A DNA stretch of 64,000 nucleotides from Octopus sinensis (GCF_006345805.1 NC_043003.1:27280001-27344000), one strand, 5' to 3'. Positions 1-13,564 are shown, counted from the stretch's first letter. Made by a program: numbers and translations. Notes: generated by a model from the sequence alone, not told the origin.

Positions 1-1570
1 TGTATCAGTGCGACTTCACTCTCCTGCGAACATCTAGACTCCTTCTTCTCTTTTGTCAAATCTTTCTATCCTGCCCTCCACTTCTCCTGCACTATCTCTG
101 ACATCTCTGTCTCCTTTCTTGACATTTCGGTCAGCATTCATCACTCCACTCTCACCACCTCCATCCACTAGAAACACACAGACTCACACTCATACCTCAA
201 CTTCTCCTCCTCCCACCCCAAACACATCAAGCTTTCCATCCCCTACTCCCAATTCCTCCGTCTACGCAGGCTCTGTAGTGACGACCATAACTTTAAGACT
301 CAGTCTCAACTCATGGATCGCAACTTCATCCTACGTGGATATCTCCTCACCACTATCCACACCGCCCTTGCCAGAGCACGTTCCGTGGACCGTGCATCTG
401 CTCTCTCCCCCCGAACCCACCCCGCCATCTCTCGCCTCTCAATTTCCCCTTCACCTACCACCCCACCACCCTACCTCTCCAACATCGTACATCTTCCCTA
501 ACCTACCCCTTCCTCCTTCAAACGAGCCCTCAACCTACGAGACCTCTTGGTCCACAGCTTCTTCCCTAACCCAACTTCTCAACCCGGTTCGTTCCTCTAC
601 TCCCGCCCACACTGCCACACTTGCCCTTACCTCTCCAACAACACCTTCCTCACCGGCACCCATCATCGACCCTATCACATCACCGAATATCATCTACTGA
701 ATCTCCTGCTCTCTCTGCCCTTCTCTATACATCGGGCAAAAGGGACGCCACTTAGCTGACCGGTTTGCGGAACACCTCCGAGACATCCGACTCGGCAATG
801 ACACCCCGGTCTCGCGCCATTTCTGCTCTACCGATCACTCTTTGCAACACCTGTCCGTGTTCGGATTGTCCTTGCACAGGGCCATCCGGACTCCCGTTTG
901 CGTCGTGAACAGGGATTAATCTTCTCTCTTCGCTCCTTTGCGTCACATGGGCTCGTCTCTCCTCTCCTCTTCATCTAACCTACTCTCCTCGCCTCTCTCC
1001 CCCTCACACCTACTTCCTCCCACCTCTCCTCTCCTCTCTTGCTCCGACTCCTACTTCTTCTCTTCACTCCTACTCTCTTTCTCTCTTCTCTTCACTCCTA
1101 CCCATCTTCTCCTTCCCCTTCATTGTCACCCCTCCCTCGTAAGCCCACCCCACCCCACCCCTACAATTCCAACCCCACCTTCCCTATTCTTCCCCATCCC
1201 TTACACCCACACCCACATACCTCTACCTCCAACCTCTGCCTACCCACATACCCCACCCTCAGCGTAGCCCAAGCCCCACCCTTGCTTTCCCCACTCTCGC
1301 CTACCCCACTTCCCAACACCATCACACCACACCACACACGCACACGTCAAGATCACCAGCTCTCTTCCACACGCACATACCAACTCTCTTATACACACGC
1401 ACGCGCACCTTCGTTTTTGGATCACCACTACTTTATTATCTCCCCTTCTCCCTAGCTTTCGTGTCCAGCATTCGTTAAAGACATTTTCACTTCCCGAGCG
1501 TTATACTAATACAGCTGTTTGTTGTCTACACCACCTACCTTCGTCTTTTGTTTTTTGTGAAATCGTTCTC
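1..1570 (+). mobile_element. Degenerate Penelope-like element: RT C-terminus, GIY-YIG endonuclease and pyrimidine-rich tail
   Basis: Translation gives H*KHTDSHSYLNFSSSHPKHIKLSIPYSQFLRLRRLCS (Penelope RT thumb) and NIIY*ISCSLCPSLYIGQKGRHLADRFAEHLRDIR (GIY-YIG), with stops and frameshifts. Confidence 0.85.
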
Positions 1571-1571
1571 T

Positions 1572-1656
<85 letters not shown>
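1568..1656. repeat. (CT)n(AT)n compound microsatellite
   Basis: Seen directly. Confidence 0.95.
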
Positions 1657-1659
<3 letters not shown>

Positions 1660-1789
1660 TGCTATCATACATAAATTTGTACATGTGTCTGTATATAAAT
1701 ATGTAAGTGCATCTTTTGTATTTGTGTATGAGTAAGCAAAGAAATATCAAATTTCCTTCCCTAGTCAAATTTCTTTCCCTCATTGACCG

Positions 1790-2025
1790 GTTTCCCGGAT
1801 TATGTGACGTATATATCCTCCACACAGTGACACAGAGACACAGACACACTGGCCGAGGCGTTGATCCGTTACAAGATTATGCATTGTTGCCGGTTGAGAG
1901 GGCTGGGGTAACATGAAATGAACTGTTGTGTTTTAAGAACACAACACATCACTCGGTTCAGGAATCGAGGCTAAAATCTGACGATCATGTGTTCAACACT
2001 CTAATCACTAAGCCACGCGCTTCCA
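1790..2025 (-). mobile_element. tRNA-derived SINE, decayed
   Basis: Minus strand begins GTGGAAGCGCGTGGCTTAGTGATTAGAG (A-box-like head); related heads at 15392 and 63115. Confidence 0.65.
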
Positions 2026-2354
2026 CGCATATATAGGCACACACACATATATGCATATGTATATGCGTGTGTGTACAAACGTGTGTGTGTCTGCGCATAT
2101 TTATAGATACACATACGCACGCGCGCAGACGCAGATGCATGCGCATACATGAATAACGTGTCCATTATGCATACATCATTATATAGAGTGTCAACGCAAA
2201 TTTTTGAGGTAAAATATTTATTGTATATAAAGTGTTATGCAAATCGCTTGAAATTAATTTTCAACGAGGAATGCCTTACTTAATTCATTTTCTCGGTTCG
2301 CAAGCTGTTGCCAATCTAGCTAACATTAGCAAAAAGAAAAAAAAATAATAATAA

Positions 2355-2572
2355 TAATCCTTTCTACTGTAAGTACAAGGCCCGAAATTTTTGGAGGGAG
2401 GGGTAAATCGATTACATCGATTCCAGTATTTCACTGGTACTTAATTTATCGACCCCCGAAAGGATGAAAGGCAAAGTTGACATCGGCTGAATTTGAACTC
2501 AGAACGTAAAAACTGACAAAATGCCGCTAAGCATTTTTCCCAGTGTGCTAACGATTCTGCAGGCTTACCACC

Positions 2573-2575
<3 letters not shown>
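2355..2575 (-). mobile_element. tRNA-derived SINE (abundant family, CTTTCATCCTTTCGGGGTCGATAAATTAAGTACCAG core)
   Basis: Same core recurs at about 8.2, 8.4, 42.4, 46.2, 46.4, 46.6, 48.0 and 52.5 kb; ends in AGAAAGGATTATT tail. Confidence 0.85.
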
Positions 2576-2642
<67 letters not shown>

Positions 2643-2679
2643 TAATAATAATAATGATGATAATAATAATAATAATATA

Positions 2680-2725
<46 letters not shown>
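2576..2725. repeat. (AAT)n microsatellite
   Basis: Seen directly. Confidence 0.95.
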
Positions 2726-2726
<1 letters not shown>

Positions 2727-2829
2727 CGGCTGGACGTGACAGCAACTGGACGTGTTCTTCGCTGCTCTGGCTGTCAGCAGCTGAAGACACAGAAACACTT
2801 ATACAACACAGCAGGACAAATGAAAAATA

Positions 2830-3810
2830 ACTCTAAAAGACTGGAATATCTACGGTTTTCTGTGAATATTTTGAATTTCCCTCAAAATAAGTTAAGGAAC
2901 TTACATATGTACGGCTTTCGAACACAATCAGCTTTAAAACCTTTAATATCTGCACCTTCTGAGAATACCTATCATTTTTCCTTTCCCCCTGAGAATTCGA
3001 AAATGTAAGCATCCTCTTTATTCCAAGAACACTACAGTTTTCTATGTTAGGACAGACAAAAATTTTTACCTCCCTGTTCTTTTGGTTCCTTTTTTCCTGA
3101 ATATTCGAAAATGTAAACGTCCTTTTTATTGTAAAAAAAGTTTTCTCTGAAACTTTAATATCTCCAATTTTGTGTGAACACTTTGTCTTCTCTTCTTCCC
3201 TGACTAACAGAATATATAAACATGCCTTTTATTGTAACAACACAATTAAATGCACGATAAAGAAATTAAAGAAGTAAGCACCTGCCAATATACAAACTGC
3301 ACAACTACAAAAACTGTAAACCACAGCAAAACTTTTAAAAAGAAAAGAAAAATTCCAGAAGAAAAAGAAATTCAGAAATTCAAAAATCCAACAAGGTGAA
3401 CATCTCTTCCTCCTACTATTCCCAAAGACTGGAATATCTACAATTTCCTGTGATTTTTTTTACTCGCTCTCAAAACAAAATAAGTTAGGAAACTTAAATA
3501 CCTACAGCTTTCGAACACACAAACGATCCTCCTTTTTATTCTAAGAACACTGCCATTTCTCTCTGTGCGGTCATACAAAAGAACATATTTAGTAAATCTT
3601 AAAACTTTACTATCTACGACTTTTTTCCTTTTCTTTTTGACTTTCCCTGGGTATTCGAAAATATAAACATCCTTTTAATTGCAAAAGTCCTACTGTATTC
3701 TCCAACTGGACAGACAAACGAACTTAAAAACTTGATATACTATCCAAATAAGTAAACACACTTTTATTGCAACAACACAATTGAATTCAGAAATTCAAAA
3801 ATTCAACGAC
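2830..3810. repeat. Unclassified repeat with internal degenerate duplications
   Basis: AAAGACTGGAATATCTAC at ~2837 and ~3424; GAAAATGTAA-CATCC-TTT-ATT blocks at ~3000, 3107, 3210 and 3657. Confidence 0.5.
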
Positions 3811-3821
3811 GTGAATATCAG

Positions 3822-3866
<45 letters not shown>

Positions 3867-3949
3867 GTTTTTTCTACCCGTAATTACAAATAGAACCGGT
3901 TGAGTTGCTTCTTTTCAAGGCAGTGCTCTCAGCGGCCACTGGTAGTAGT

Positions 3950-6490
3950 AAATACATTTGACCTCTGCTGACCCAAAAGGTGCGAAGATTCTTTTGTCTT
4001 TATGACTGACCTCTCCACCATCTGCCGAAAGGAGCAGTGGTAGTTTACTTGATGAGAGACATATAGATGATCTAAAAGAAAACAATAAAACTAATAGCAA
4101 TATGACCGATGAACAAAAGGCAATTTACGACAGAATAAAGACTACAGGAGAACGATAGAGACATTATTTACAACCTTAAAAAGGTTGATCGATGGAAATT
4201 GAACCAAGAAACGTAAAATGTCAAGGAAATTCTGAAATACATCAGAACAAACAACACCACAGAAACAAATAATTTTATCAAGGTAGCAAGTATTGTTGTA
4301 GCAGAAAACGTGGATGTTGAAACATAATGGGAGTGACAAAAGAAAAGATCCATGGTGGAAAAGAAGAATTCAGGCAGTGTTAGACATGCTCTCAAAGGAA
4401 ATCTCTGTGTTAGACCAAAAAGAGAAAGGGGAGCTTAAAAGCGAACAAAAATACAGTGCTTGAAAAGGAAGTATAATATTGAAAGAAAGGGCCTGAAAGT
4501 AGTAGTGGGGGAATTGAAACAGCGCCTCGTTGCAAAGAAAGCAAAGATGGTAAGATACGACCAAAGAATGAAGGATTACCACTAGAATAGGTTATTCAGA
4601 GTAGGTCGGAAGAGATTCTATAAAGAAACAAATGGAGAGTGTACAGATGAAAAGTTGATACCAGATAACATTGAAAGTCAAAGGTTTTGGAGTGACATCT
4701 GGAGCAAAGACAAGGAGCACAAGAAGGATGCTGAATGGTTGCAAGAACTGAAACAAATAGTAGTCTGTCCAAAACAGGCAGAACTAGTCATTTCGGTTAG
4801 GGAAGTGAAGGAAATCTTCAAAAAAATTAGCAACTGGAAGTCCCCGGGACCAGATGGAGTTCAAGGCTACTGAATCAAAAGATTTGGTGAATGTCATGCA
4901 TGAATAGCTGCGCAACTCAACACCTTGTTAAATTCTGACCAAGTAACACCAGAGTGGTTGACATTGGGTAGGACAGTGCTGTGTAGAAATTAGGAGGGGC
5001 ATCTTCCAGGGGGACTGCCTGTCCCCACTGATCTTTGTACCGTGCTTAATACCACTAACACTGATTCTGAGGAAAGCAAAAGCTGAGTATGTATTCAAAA
5101 TCCACCAACAAAAAGTGAACCATTTGTTATTCATGGATGACCTCAAACTTTATGGTAAAGATGAATCCCAAGTCAGTTCCCTCGTTGATGCGGTGTATAC
5201 TTTCAGTGCTTATATCAGAATAGAGCTCGGACTGAGAAAGTGTGGTGTGTTAGTCTTGAAGAGAGGCAAAATCAAATGTATAGACGGGCTAACGATACCG
5301 TCGGTGGAAGTTATGAAGCAGATAGAAGAGACGGGCTATAAGTACTTGGGGATTTTGGAAATGGATAAATTGATGGAGAAAGAAATGACAGAAAAATTTA
5401 AGGTGGAGTAGTTGCGCAGACTGAGACTGATCCTTAAGTCGAAATTAAACGGACAGAATAAGATTGAAGTTATCAACAGCTGGGAAGTTTCACTCCTTAG
5501 ATATGGAGCAGGGGTAATTGCATGGACAGTAGACGAACTAAACAGCTTAGACAAAAAGATAAGGAAGTTGCTAACTAGATATGGGTCACTCCACCCAAAA
5601 AGTGACACAGACAGACTGTACGCACCAAGAAAACGGGGGGGGGAAGAGGACTTATTGGATGCGAACATAGCATTAGAGCAGAGGAAAACAACATAGCATG
5701 GTATGTAAAAAATGTCACAAAACCGCTGTTATTAGAAGTAAGAAGGCCAGATTTGTGTAGGATGAAAGATTGCAAAGATAAAGCACTATACAAGAAATTG
5801 AAAGCGAATGAAACTGAAAATAGGTGGGTAAAGAAAAGAATGGATGGTCAATTTCATAGAGATGTTGAAGATAAGACAGACAGAGAAAAAAGATGGCTGT
5901 GGATGACTAAATGTGATATAAAACTGGAAACGGAGGCTCTAATCTATGCTGCTCAAGAGCAAGCACTAAGAACATACTACATAAAACACAGAATAGACAA
6001 CACAGCAGAAAGTGATAAGTGCAGAATCTGTGGACAAAATGGTGAAACCGTATGACATATTACCAGCCAATGTACGCCACTAGCCCAGAAGGAATAAGAG
6101 ACACCACGACAATATAGCCGGGCTTGCCCATTGGACACTTTGCAAAAAGTATGGACTTGACAGAGTAAAACATTGGTACGACCACAAACCCAAAGGCATC
6201 ATCGAAAATGATAATGCAAAGATCCTGTGGGATTTTATGATTCAGTGTGACCATGAGATTGAGAATAGAAAGCCGGACATAGTCTTAATTGAGAAAGAAA
6301 GCAAACTATGCAGGATCATAGATATAGCATGCCCAGCTGACAACAAGGTATTCGATAAGGAAGAAAGAAAAGTCGAGAGATATGACAGGTTAGCTTGGGA
6401 AGTTAAGCAGTCGTGGTCGATGAAAAAGATAGCAGCAGTACCAATAATTGTCGGAGCTCTGGGAATCTCGTGAAGTACGTGGAACAAATA
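3950..6490 (+). mobile_element. R4/Dong-type (RLE) non-LTR retrotransposon, decayed, with internal RT deletion
   Basis: NWKSPGPDGVQGY, RRGIFQGDCLSP, NHLLFMDDLKLY, AAQEQALRT, CRICG...HITSQC, ILWDF...RKPDIVLI...IDIACP, VPIIVGALG; the RT segment between GRTVLC and RRGIFQGD is missing. Confidence 0.9.
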
Positions 6491-6534
6491 GGGGCTGCAA
6501 TAAGGGTGGAGCGCTTGCAGAAAACAGCATTATT

Positions 6535-6935
6535 GCGTTTGATCCAAGATTGCAGCTCAGTCAAAGGTTTGTGGGAAATCATGTACTACAAACGGCGATC
6601 ACACCTGCTCACCGTATAAGAAGTGCTGGAGGAGTTGCAGTCTCAACATATGCCTGCGAATCAATAGCCACAGCAAGCCCAGCCCTCCATTTAGCGGGTG
6701 TTGACAGCAAATGGCGCGCCTGGCCAGTATAACGCGCCCCTTCCATAGAAAGCGGAAAAGTAGGCGCTCCAGTTTGGTCAGATTCGAAGCGGGACGGAGC
6801 ACGACGGTGAGACAGTAGTAGATGACGGCTGCGATGTAAGCATTCGCCACCTCTGCCCGACCTTTCAGAGATAGTTTTCTCTCAGTCCATTTCTGGGTGA
6901 GATTCAAACGTGGTAAACTGACAGCTAATACCACG
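6535..6935 (-). mobile_element. Tx1/L1-type ORF2 fragment (post-RT region)
   Basis: QKWTERKLSLKGRAEVANAYIAAVIYY...FRFLWKG...GGLGL. Confidence 0.8.
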
Positions 6936-8200
6936 AACCAACCTGATCATGATACATCTATCGAGGACCTGGACCAAGAAGGTTTTTATAAGTATCTTGG
7001 AATATAGGAAGTGAAAAATATTCAACACGGATCAATGAAATAAAAAATCAGGAAAAACGTATTATAGACGTGTTATAATGGTCTTGAATACTGAGCTGAA
7101 CTCTCGGAATAGAATTGCAGTTATAAACTCCCATGCGGTACCAGTTATCCAGTATAGCCTATGTCATCAACTGGAATCTGAGTGATCTCTAGCGTATAGA
7201 CATAAATACTAGGAAACCTTTTACGCTGAACAAGATACACCACCCAAAATCAGACGTCCACAGGCTCTATCTCCCACGAAAGCAAGGCGGCGGAGGCTTG
7301 AAACGTCCGATAAAACGACCACGGTAGGACACCAAGAGTACATCCAAAGTAACACCGACTGGATGATACAGCTGGTAAGGCAACACGGACAAAGTAAGAA
7401 ACTGCACTCAATCTCAAAGGAGGAATATAAATACAGACGATAGGATAAACTCCTTGATTATGATGATGATAAGGAGGACATACCACCCACTAAGGCAGCA
7501 AGAAAGTGTAAAACAAAAGTCGAACAAGAAAGCTTGAAGGAAATATCAAGACTGTGGAAAGAAAAGCCATTGCATGGGTAATACTCCAAATGAGTTAAGG
7601 AAGCTGATGTAGATAGGGGAAGAACCCATCAGTGGCTGCAGAGTGTTGGTTTGAAAGCTGAAACTGAAGGATTTATCCTAGCAGCCCAAGTTCAATCTCT
7701 TCACTCGGAATTATCAAGCTAATGTCACCGGCAATGAGGTTAGACACAAAGTGTAGATTCTGCAATGACAAACTTGAGGGTATTGACCACATTGTTGTTG
7801 GGTGCTCAGACCTTGCCCATACAGAATATAAAGCCAGGCATGATCGAGTTGGCCAACACTTGCACTATAGCATATGTTGTTACTATGATATTCTGCACCC
7901 TGGTATGAACACCATCCAGAGCCAGTCACTAAGGGAGAGAATGTTACCAATTAAAGAAAATGTTATCAGTTAACATGCCTGTTAATTGATATGACAATGC
8001 CTACTGCTAGAAACACCTCAGCAAAGGAATTTGAAAAACTATCGAAACCTTAAGATTGGGATATCTAAGACGTGGAAATTATGAACAAAACCATCCCTGT
8101 TGTTGTAAGTGCCCTGGGAATGATCAGGAAAGGTACTGACAATTTTTTGACCAGATCTTTAGGAAACCAACAATCTATGAAACCCAAAAAGTTGTGTTGA
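6936..8200 (+). mobile_element. Second R4/Dong-type fragment (thumb to RLE), decayed
   Basis: YKYLGI, LNSRNRIAVINSHAVPVIQY, GLKAETEGFILAAQ, CRFCNDKLEGIDHIVVGC...HDRVGQHLH, PVVVSALG. Confidence 0.85.
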
Positions 8201-8545
8201 CATCAGCCATCCACTGGTACTTAATTTATCGACCCCGAAAGGATGAAAGGCAAAGTCGACCTCGGCGGAATTTGAATTCAGAACGAAGAAGGGTAGATGT
8301 ATTGACGAAATACCTATTTCTTTACTACCCACAAGGAGCTAAACACAGAGAGAACAAACAAGGCCAGACAAACGGATTAAGTCGATTATATCGACCCCAG
8401 TGCGTAACTGGTACTTAATTTATCGACCCCGAAAGGATGAAAGGCAAAGTCGACCTCGGCGAAATTTGAACTTAGAACGTAGCGACAGACGAAATACTGC
8501 TAAGCATTTCGCCCGGCTACATTTCTGCCAGCTCGCCGCCTTTAG
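8201..8545 (-). mobile_element. Composite (dimeric) tRNA-derived SINE
   Basis: Two SINE cores joined at GTAAAGAAATA|GGTATTTCGTC; same junction at 46538. Confidence 0.8.
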
Positions 8546-8790
8546 GTTGTAACTATTGTAGGGAATGTCATTAAAAAACTATCACTAAGAACTGAGGCGA
8601 CAACAGTCACAAACAGAATTAGGTTATCGATAAGAATATTCTTGGGTGACAGCTTGTCTGTGCTGTTGGTAGTGAATACCTTATCAGACTTATTGGAGAA
8701 ATGCCAAGGAATCATGTTATGCTCTGCAGAGAAGAAAATTAATGTCATTAGCACATTTTCTGTCGGTTACCTGAAACGGTATTCAGGTAA
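8546..8790 (+). mobile_element. Old R4-type RT remnant
   Basis: RIFLGDSLSVLLVVNTLSDLL resembles RGIFQGDSLSPLLF; KINVISTFSVGYLKRYS resembles KINHLLYMDDLKLY. Confidence 0.55.
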
Positions 8791-9159
8791 TAGATTCTAG
8801 TTTACGCTGTGGACAGGTGCGATAGTTAGAGCGCTGGACGAGATGTCTAGCAGTATTTGTGCTGAATCCTTGCGTTCTAAGTTCAAATCCTATCGTGGCC
8901 TTTTTTGCATGGAACATTTAATCTTTCACCCAGTTTAGCACCATCATCTGGTTCTTAGAATCCACTCCATTGCAATCATGCAGATCAGGTCTCCAATTTG
9001 GATATAATTTCGTCCCTCTCCTCCCCCTTAGAGATTCGGGGACTTTGTAAAGCGTTGTGAGTACCGTTCTTTCCCTTGATTAATCAACACACACACACAC
9101 GCATGCACACAAGCACACACACACGCACACACACACACACACACACATATATAGATATA

Positions 9160-10230
9160 TATATTATATAAAATCCGTTGTCTGTCTGTGTGTCTTCTAG
9201 GATCTCGGGCATCCTCCATCCGATTGCGCTAAAATATTGATATGTAGATACCGACGGTATCAGGACGTGTATAAGTTTTGAAAAAATTACAAAAATCGAT
9301 GCCAGGTGAGAATGTGATCGATAAAGCCGTGGGAAAGTGCATTTGTAAAACCGTTTTTCTTGGAATAGAAAAAAGTCTATCTTTATTCCTTCTTTTGCTG
9401 GTATCTCAAATTTAGGTTAAATCAGTGATTCTCAAGGGGGAGGCCTATGTGACGGTCGGACAAGTTGTTTTGAGAAAATTTGGTTTAAATATTTGACAAC
9501 TCAGCACCGTCCATTGGACGGGGGGAGGGCGTTTTGCTTGTCTATTATATAAAAACCGTTCTGTCTGTCTGTGTGTCTTCTAGGATCTCGGGCATCCTCC
9601 ATCCGATTGCACTCAAATTTGATATGTAGATACCGACGGTATCAGGGCGTGTATAAGTCTTGAAAAAATTACAAAAATCGATTCCAGATGAGAATGCGAT
9701 CGATAAAGCCGTGGGAACATGCATTTGTACGCTCAAGCACATCAGCTATTGCAATCAGCTATTGCGTACGCAAGAAAAATGCACGTACAGTTTGCGCAAA
9801 AAAATCATCATGCTTTTCCATCTAGATTTACCTCCAGCTAACTCATTTGCATGCATCGTTTTTGTCCTGCTTTTCTTCCGTCAACCTGTACATAACTGCA
9901 CCTTCTATTTTTTGTTGTTTTTGTACTGCTTAAAGGCACGTTTTTTTCTTGCCAAGCTTACTGTTTAAACCATGTTTGTGTTCTCCCAGTCAACAGCCTT
10001 ATCATTACTGGTACTTTAAACTCTTCGGTTGCATATTTGTGTGAATAAAATCGTTTTTCTTTGGAATAGAAAAAAAGTCTATCTTTATTTCTTCTTTTGC
10101 TGGTGTATCAAATTTAGGTTAAATCAGTGTTTCTCAAAGAGGAGGCCTATGTGACGGTCGGACAAGTTGTTTTGAGAAAATTTGGTTTAAATGTTTGACA
10201 CCGTCCATTGAACGGGGGGCGTTTTGCTCG
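9160..10230 (+). mobile_element. Two non-autonomous Helitron copies, head-to-tail
   Basis: 5' TCTATTATATAAAA start (9541), CCGTCCATTGGACGG subterminal hairpin, CTTG/CTCG 3' ends; third copy at 48567-49110. Confidence 0.75.
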
Positions 10231-10353
<123 letters not shown>

Positions 10354-10589
10354 CACGGTATTCTTTCAGTTTCAGCAAAATTTTTGAAAGAAACTAGGTA
10401 AGCATGGACTATGTTGAGGCTGTTCAGATTGTGATACAAACAAAAAGCTATTACTTAGCAACTGGGCCCGGGAGCAGTCTTTGTAACTAATATTTATTTT
10501 CACGTAAGCTGCGGTAATCGTCCAGACAAATCATTTTGTATAGACGTTAAGTGCTAAAAAAAAGCACAGATTATATTAGCAGACGAATG

Positions 10590-10968
10590 TTTACCAACCA
10601 CATGGTTCTGGGTTCAGTCCCACTGCGTGGTACCTTGGGTAAGTGTCTTCTACTATAGCCTCAGGCCGACCAAAGCCTTGTGAGTGGATTTGGCAGACGG
10701 AAACTGAAAGAAGCCCGTCGTATATATGTATATGTATATGTGTGTGTGTTTGTGTGTCTGTGTTTGCCCCCCCCCCTCCCCAACATCGCTTGACAACCGA
10801 TGCTGGTGTGTTTACGTCCCTGTAACTTAGAGGTTCTGCAAAACAGACCGATAGAATAAGTACCAGGCTTACAAAGAATAAGTCCTAGGGTCGATTTGCT
10901 CGTCTAAAGGCGGTGCTCAAGCATGGTCGCAGTCAAATGACTGAAACAAGTAAAAAGAATAAAAAAGA
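10590..10968 (+). mobile_element. tRNA-derived SINE, second family (CCTTGGGCAAGTGTCTT core, internal AT/GT tract)
   Basis: Copies also at about 28.7-29.9, 45.7 and 50.0 kb. Confidence 0.8.
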
Positions 10969-11609
10969 GACGAAGGTTCATCTGCACCGGCGATTGGAAC
11001 TGTTGTATTACATGATTTCAATGTAAATTGCACTTCATCACCAACTTAGCACTCTACCATCGAATGCCAGATTCAAAATTCATTAAACCGATATTCTTTT
11101 AACACTGACTTAACAGTTAATGGTGTCGCAAATGTCTATACGAAAAACTTCCTCAGCAAATGCCTACACGAGATTATTTGTCTGGACCATTACCGCAGCC
11201 TACGGTGTTCAAAACAAGACAACCAAGTTAAGTTACAAAGGCTGCTTCAATTGCTAATAGCAAACTTATACACAACGCCAAATTTTTCAACATCACACTG
11301 TGGTCGATAATTTTTTCCCTACCAACCCAACAGCCAGGTTCGAGAAATATGCCGGAGGAATAGGAATCGACATGAGGGTAGAGCAGGCCCCAAAAAACTG
11401 TTCTGTTGGGGACAGCTAGGATACTGAGATTGGTGCTTGGGTGTGGAATGTCTTCCGCGATAAGTTAACATCCAAGCACCTAAGCCTATAATTAGGACAC
11501 AGAACTCTAAGAAGTAATAACAATGATAATGATGATGATGATGATGATGATGATGATAGTGGTGGTGGGGGGGTGATGATGATGATGATGAGGATGATGA
11601 GGATGATGT

Positions 11610-12060
11610 TTGTGCCTTCTCTACCAGATCCCCGACGACAAGCACCAATCTCGTAGCTAATACCTTGGCCAAAATTTTGAACTTTGTATTCAGCAGAGTT
11701 ATGAGCCTCATGTTGTCAGAACAATCCCCCTTGTTTGGGTCTTTTCTCAGCAACCACACCGCTCTTCAGCTCACAAAACTAGGAATTCTCGCACTCTGTT
11801 GCCAGTTGCAGTAAACGTTTCCTAAGAAGTCATCGAAGAAGTCTGGCATGTAAGCATAAAGCTCGTATGGTAGGCCATCCAAACTAGGCGATTTACCCCA
11901 CGTGCAACTAGCCAATGCTTCCGTATATCAAAGACTATTATCAGCCTTTAGCAGCGCTCCTCCTCCGTCGCCGAGAGCCGAGGTAGGACGTGAAATCTAA
12001 CCTGTGACCCGGCTCACCGCTGCTCAATTTTCCAGTAACCGGATCCCTGTCTATGAAGCT
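11610..12060 (-). mobile_element. Tx1/L1-type RT fragment
   Basis: SPSLDGLPYELY...LLRKDPNKGDCSDNMRLITLLNTKFKILAKVLATRL. Confidence 0.8.
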
Positions 12061-12299
12061 TATCTAAGTCGACTGTACAGATCACGAATTTGTGGTCTGT
12101 ATAGTCGACTACTTTAACCTGTGGTCAACCTACGCTATCCTCATCTACTACTCTACTCTAGATACGATCTGGATGACCCGAAGCAGTTTGACCAGGACCA
12201 CTCTGGCACATCTGGGAATCGTCTGAGCAGGTTTGCGAGGCTTTTTCACCTTCTTCTCCTATCTGCTAAACCTACACAGTCCCACTCAAATTAGTCAGT

Positions 12300-12930
12300 T
12301 TAAAACATCACTAAACAGTTATGCCCGGAAACATAGCTACCAAAAACAAAAGTAGATACGATTTTCGATCTATCAGCCTTCGATATGACAAATATATCCA
12401 TTTGGAAAACAAGCGGTATCATGTCAAAAAGTCAGCCCTGAACAAACAGATCCGTCTCCTATTGTCACCGTCAATGCTAAGCCAAAACTCATGCCAGATC
12501 GGTCATCACCCGAGACGAGGACCTCGTTACCCAGTGGGGAACGAGACTCGGGTCGAAAAGTCTGCTGCTGGAACGAACTCTCAAAAAAACGAACTACCAG
12601 GTAACCAGAACCAGGACAACCCTACCCCTAGACCTGTAATGATACCACCTAAAGCAAAACGCACAAAATGGACTACAGAGGTTTAGAGAGATGTGTTGAA
12701 AGCTTTCTATACAACCCAACAAAGCCCAAATAATAACCTCATTGTACAAACATACACTTAAGAGAAACTTAGTAGGCAACGAAGTACGCAGATATATAGA
12801 CGTAAATAAATTAATGTACATAGAGACATCATTAAGAATAAAAGTTTAACTGACGCTGAAATTAGCCAAATTAGGACAAATATCTCATGGTAGAACAAAT
12901 GAAAACAGCAACAATGCAGATGAAATAGCT
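12300..12930 (+). mobile_element. 5'/N-terminal fragment of an R4/Dong-type element
   Basis: KAKRTKWTTEV...KNKSLTDAEISQIRTNI resembles the N-terminal region of this clade. Confidence 0.55.
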
Positions 12931-13564
12931 TCTTTCAGTTTCCGTCTCTACGAAATCCACTCAGAAGGGCCGAGGTTTAACAGAACACAATTTCAATTTT
13001 AAGTCAAGGTAACCGTTGTACTGTTGCACTCGACTGCTGGCTTGTCTTCGACCGGGGAGGTCATGGAGATATTGTTGGTGATGTATTTTTGTTGTTGTTA
13101 CTTTTCTTCTGCATTTTTTATCTTTTACTTGTTTCAGTCATTAGTCAGCGGTCATGCTGGGGCCCCGCCTGGAAGGGTTTTCAGTCGACCGAATCGGCCC
13201 CAATATTTATTCATTTTATGTACTTAATATTATTTCTTAAATTTTCCTTTGATTAAGAATATTGTTGAAATTCCAAGGTTTATTAGATACAACAGACATA
13301 GGTCCCATGTGACCTACTTGACAGCTTGAGCCTACAATTTCGAAAAAGACCCTTTTTCCCTAGTTAGAAGCAGACTCTCCAGGACTCAGTTGGACGAGAG
13401 CGAAGAAGAAGAGGCAGATAAATATATCTTGATTTAGCAAGACCGGGGATGGGACGGATCTCAGCAGAGCGGCCATTCGGCTTGTAAGGCAGAACAGATG
13501 CCAGTAGAGATTTGCTGACTGAAGGGCATCCAGAACTGTATGCCCGACTATTGACTATGCTAGT

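Noticed and set aside
8542-8754. 70-aa minus-strand ORF as a possible host exon
   Set aside because: The opposite strand reads as a decayed R4 RT motif
10365-10402. Possible micro-exon (TTTCAG...GTAAGC)
   Set aside because: Splice-like signals only; no coding homology or neighbouring exons visible
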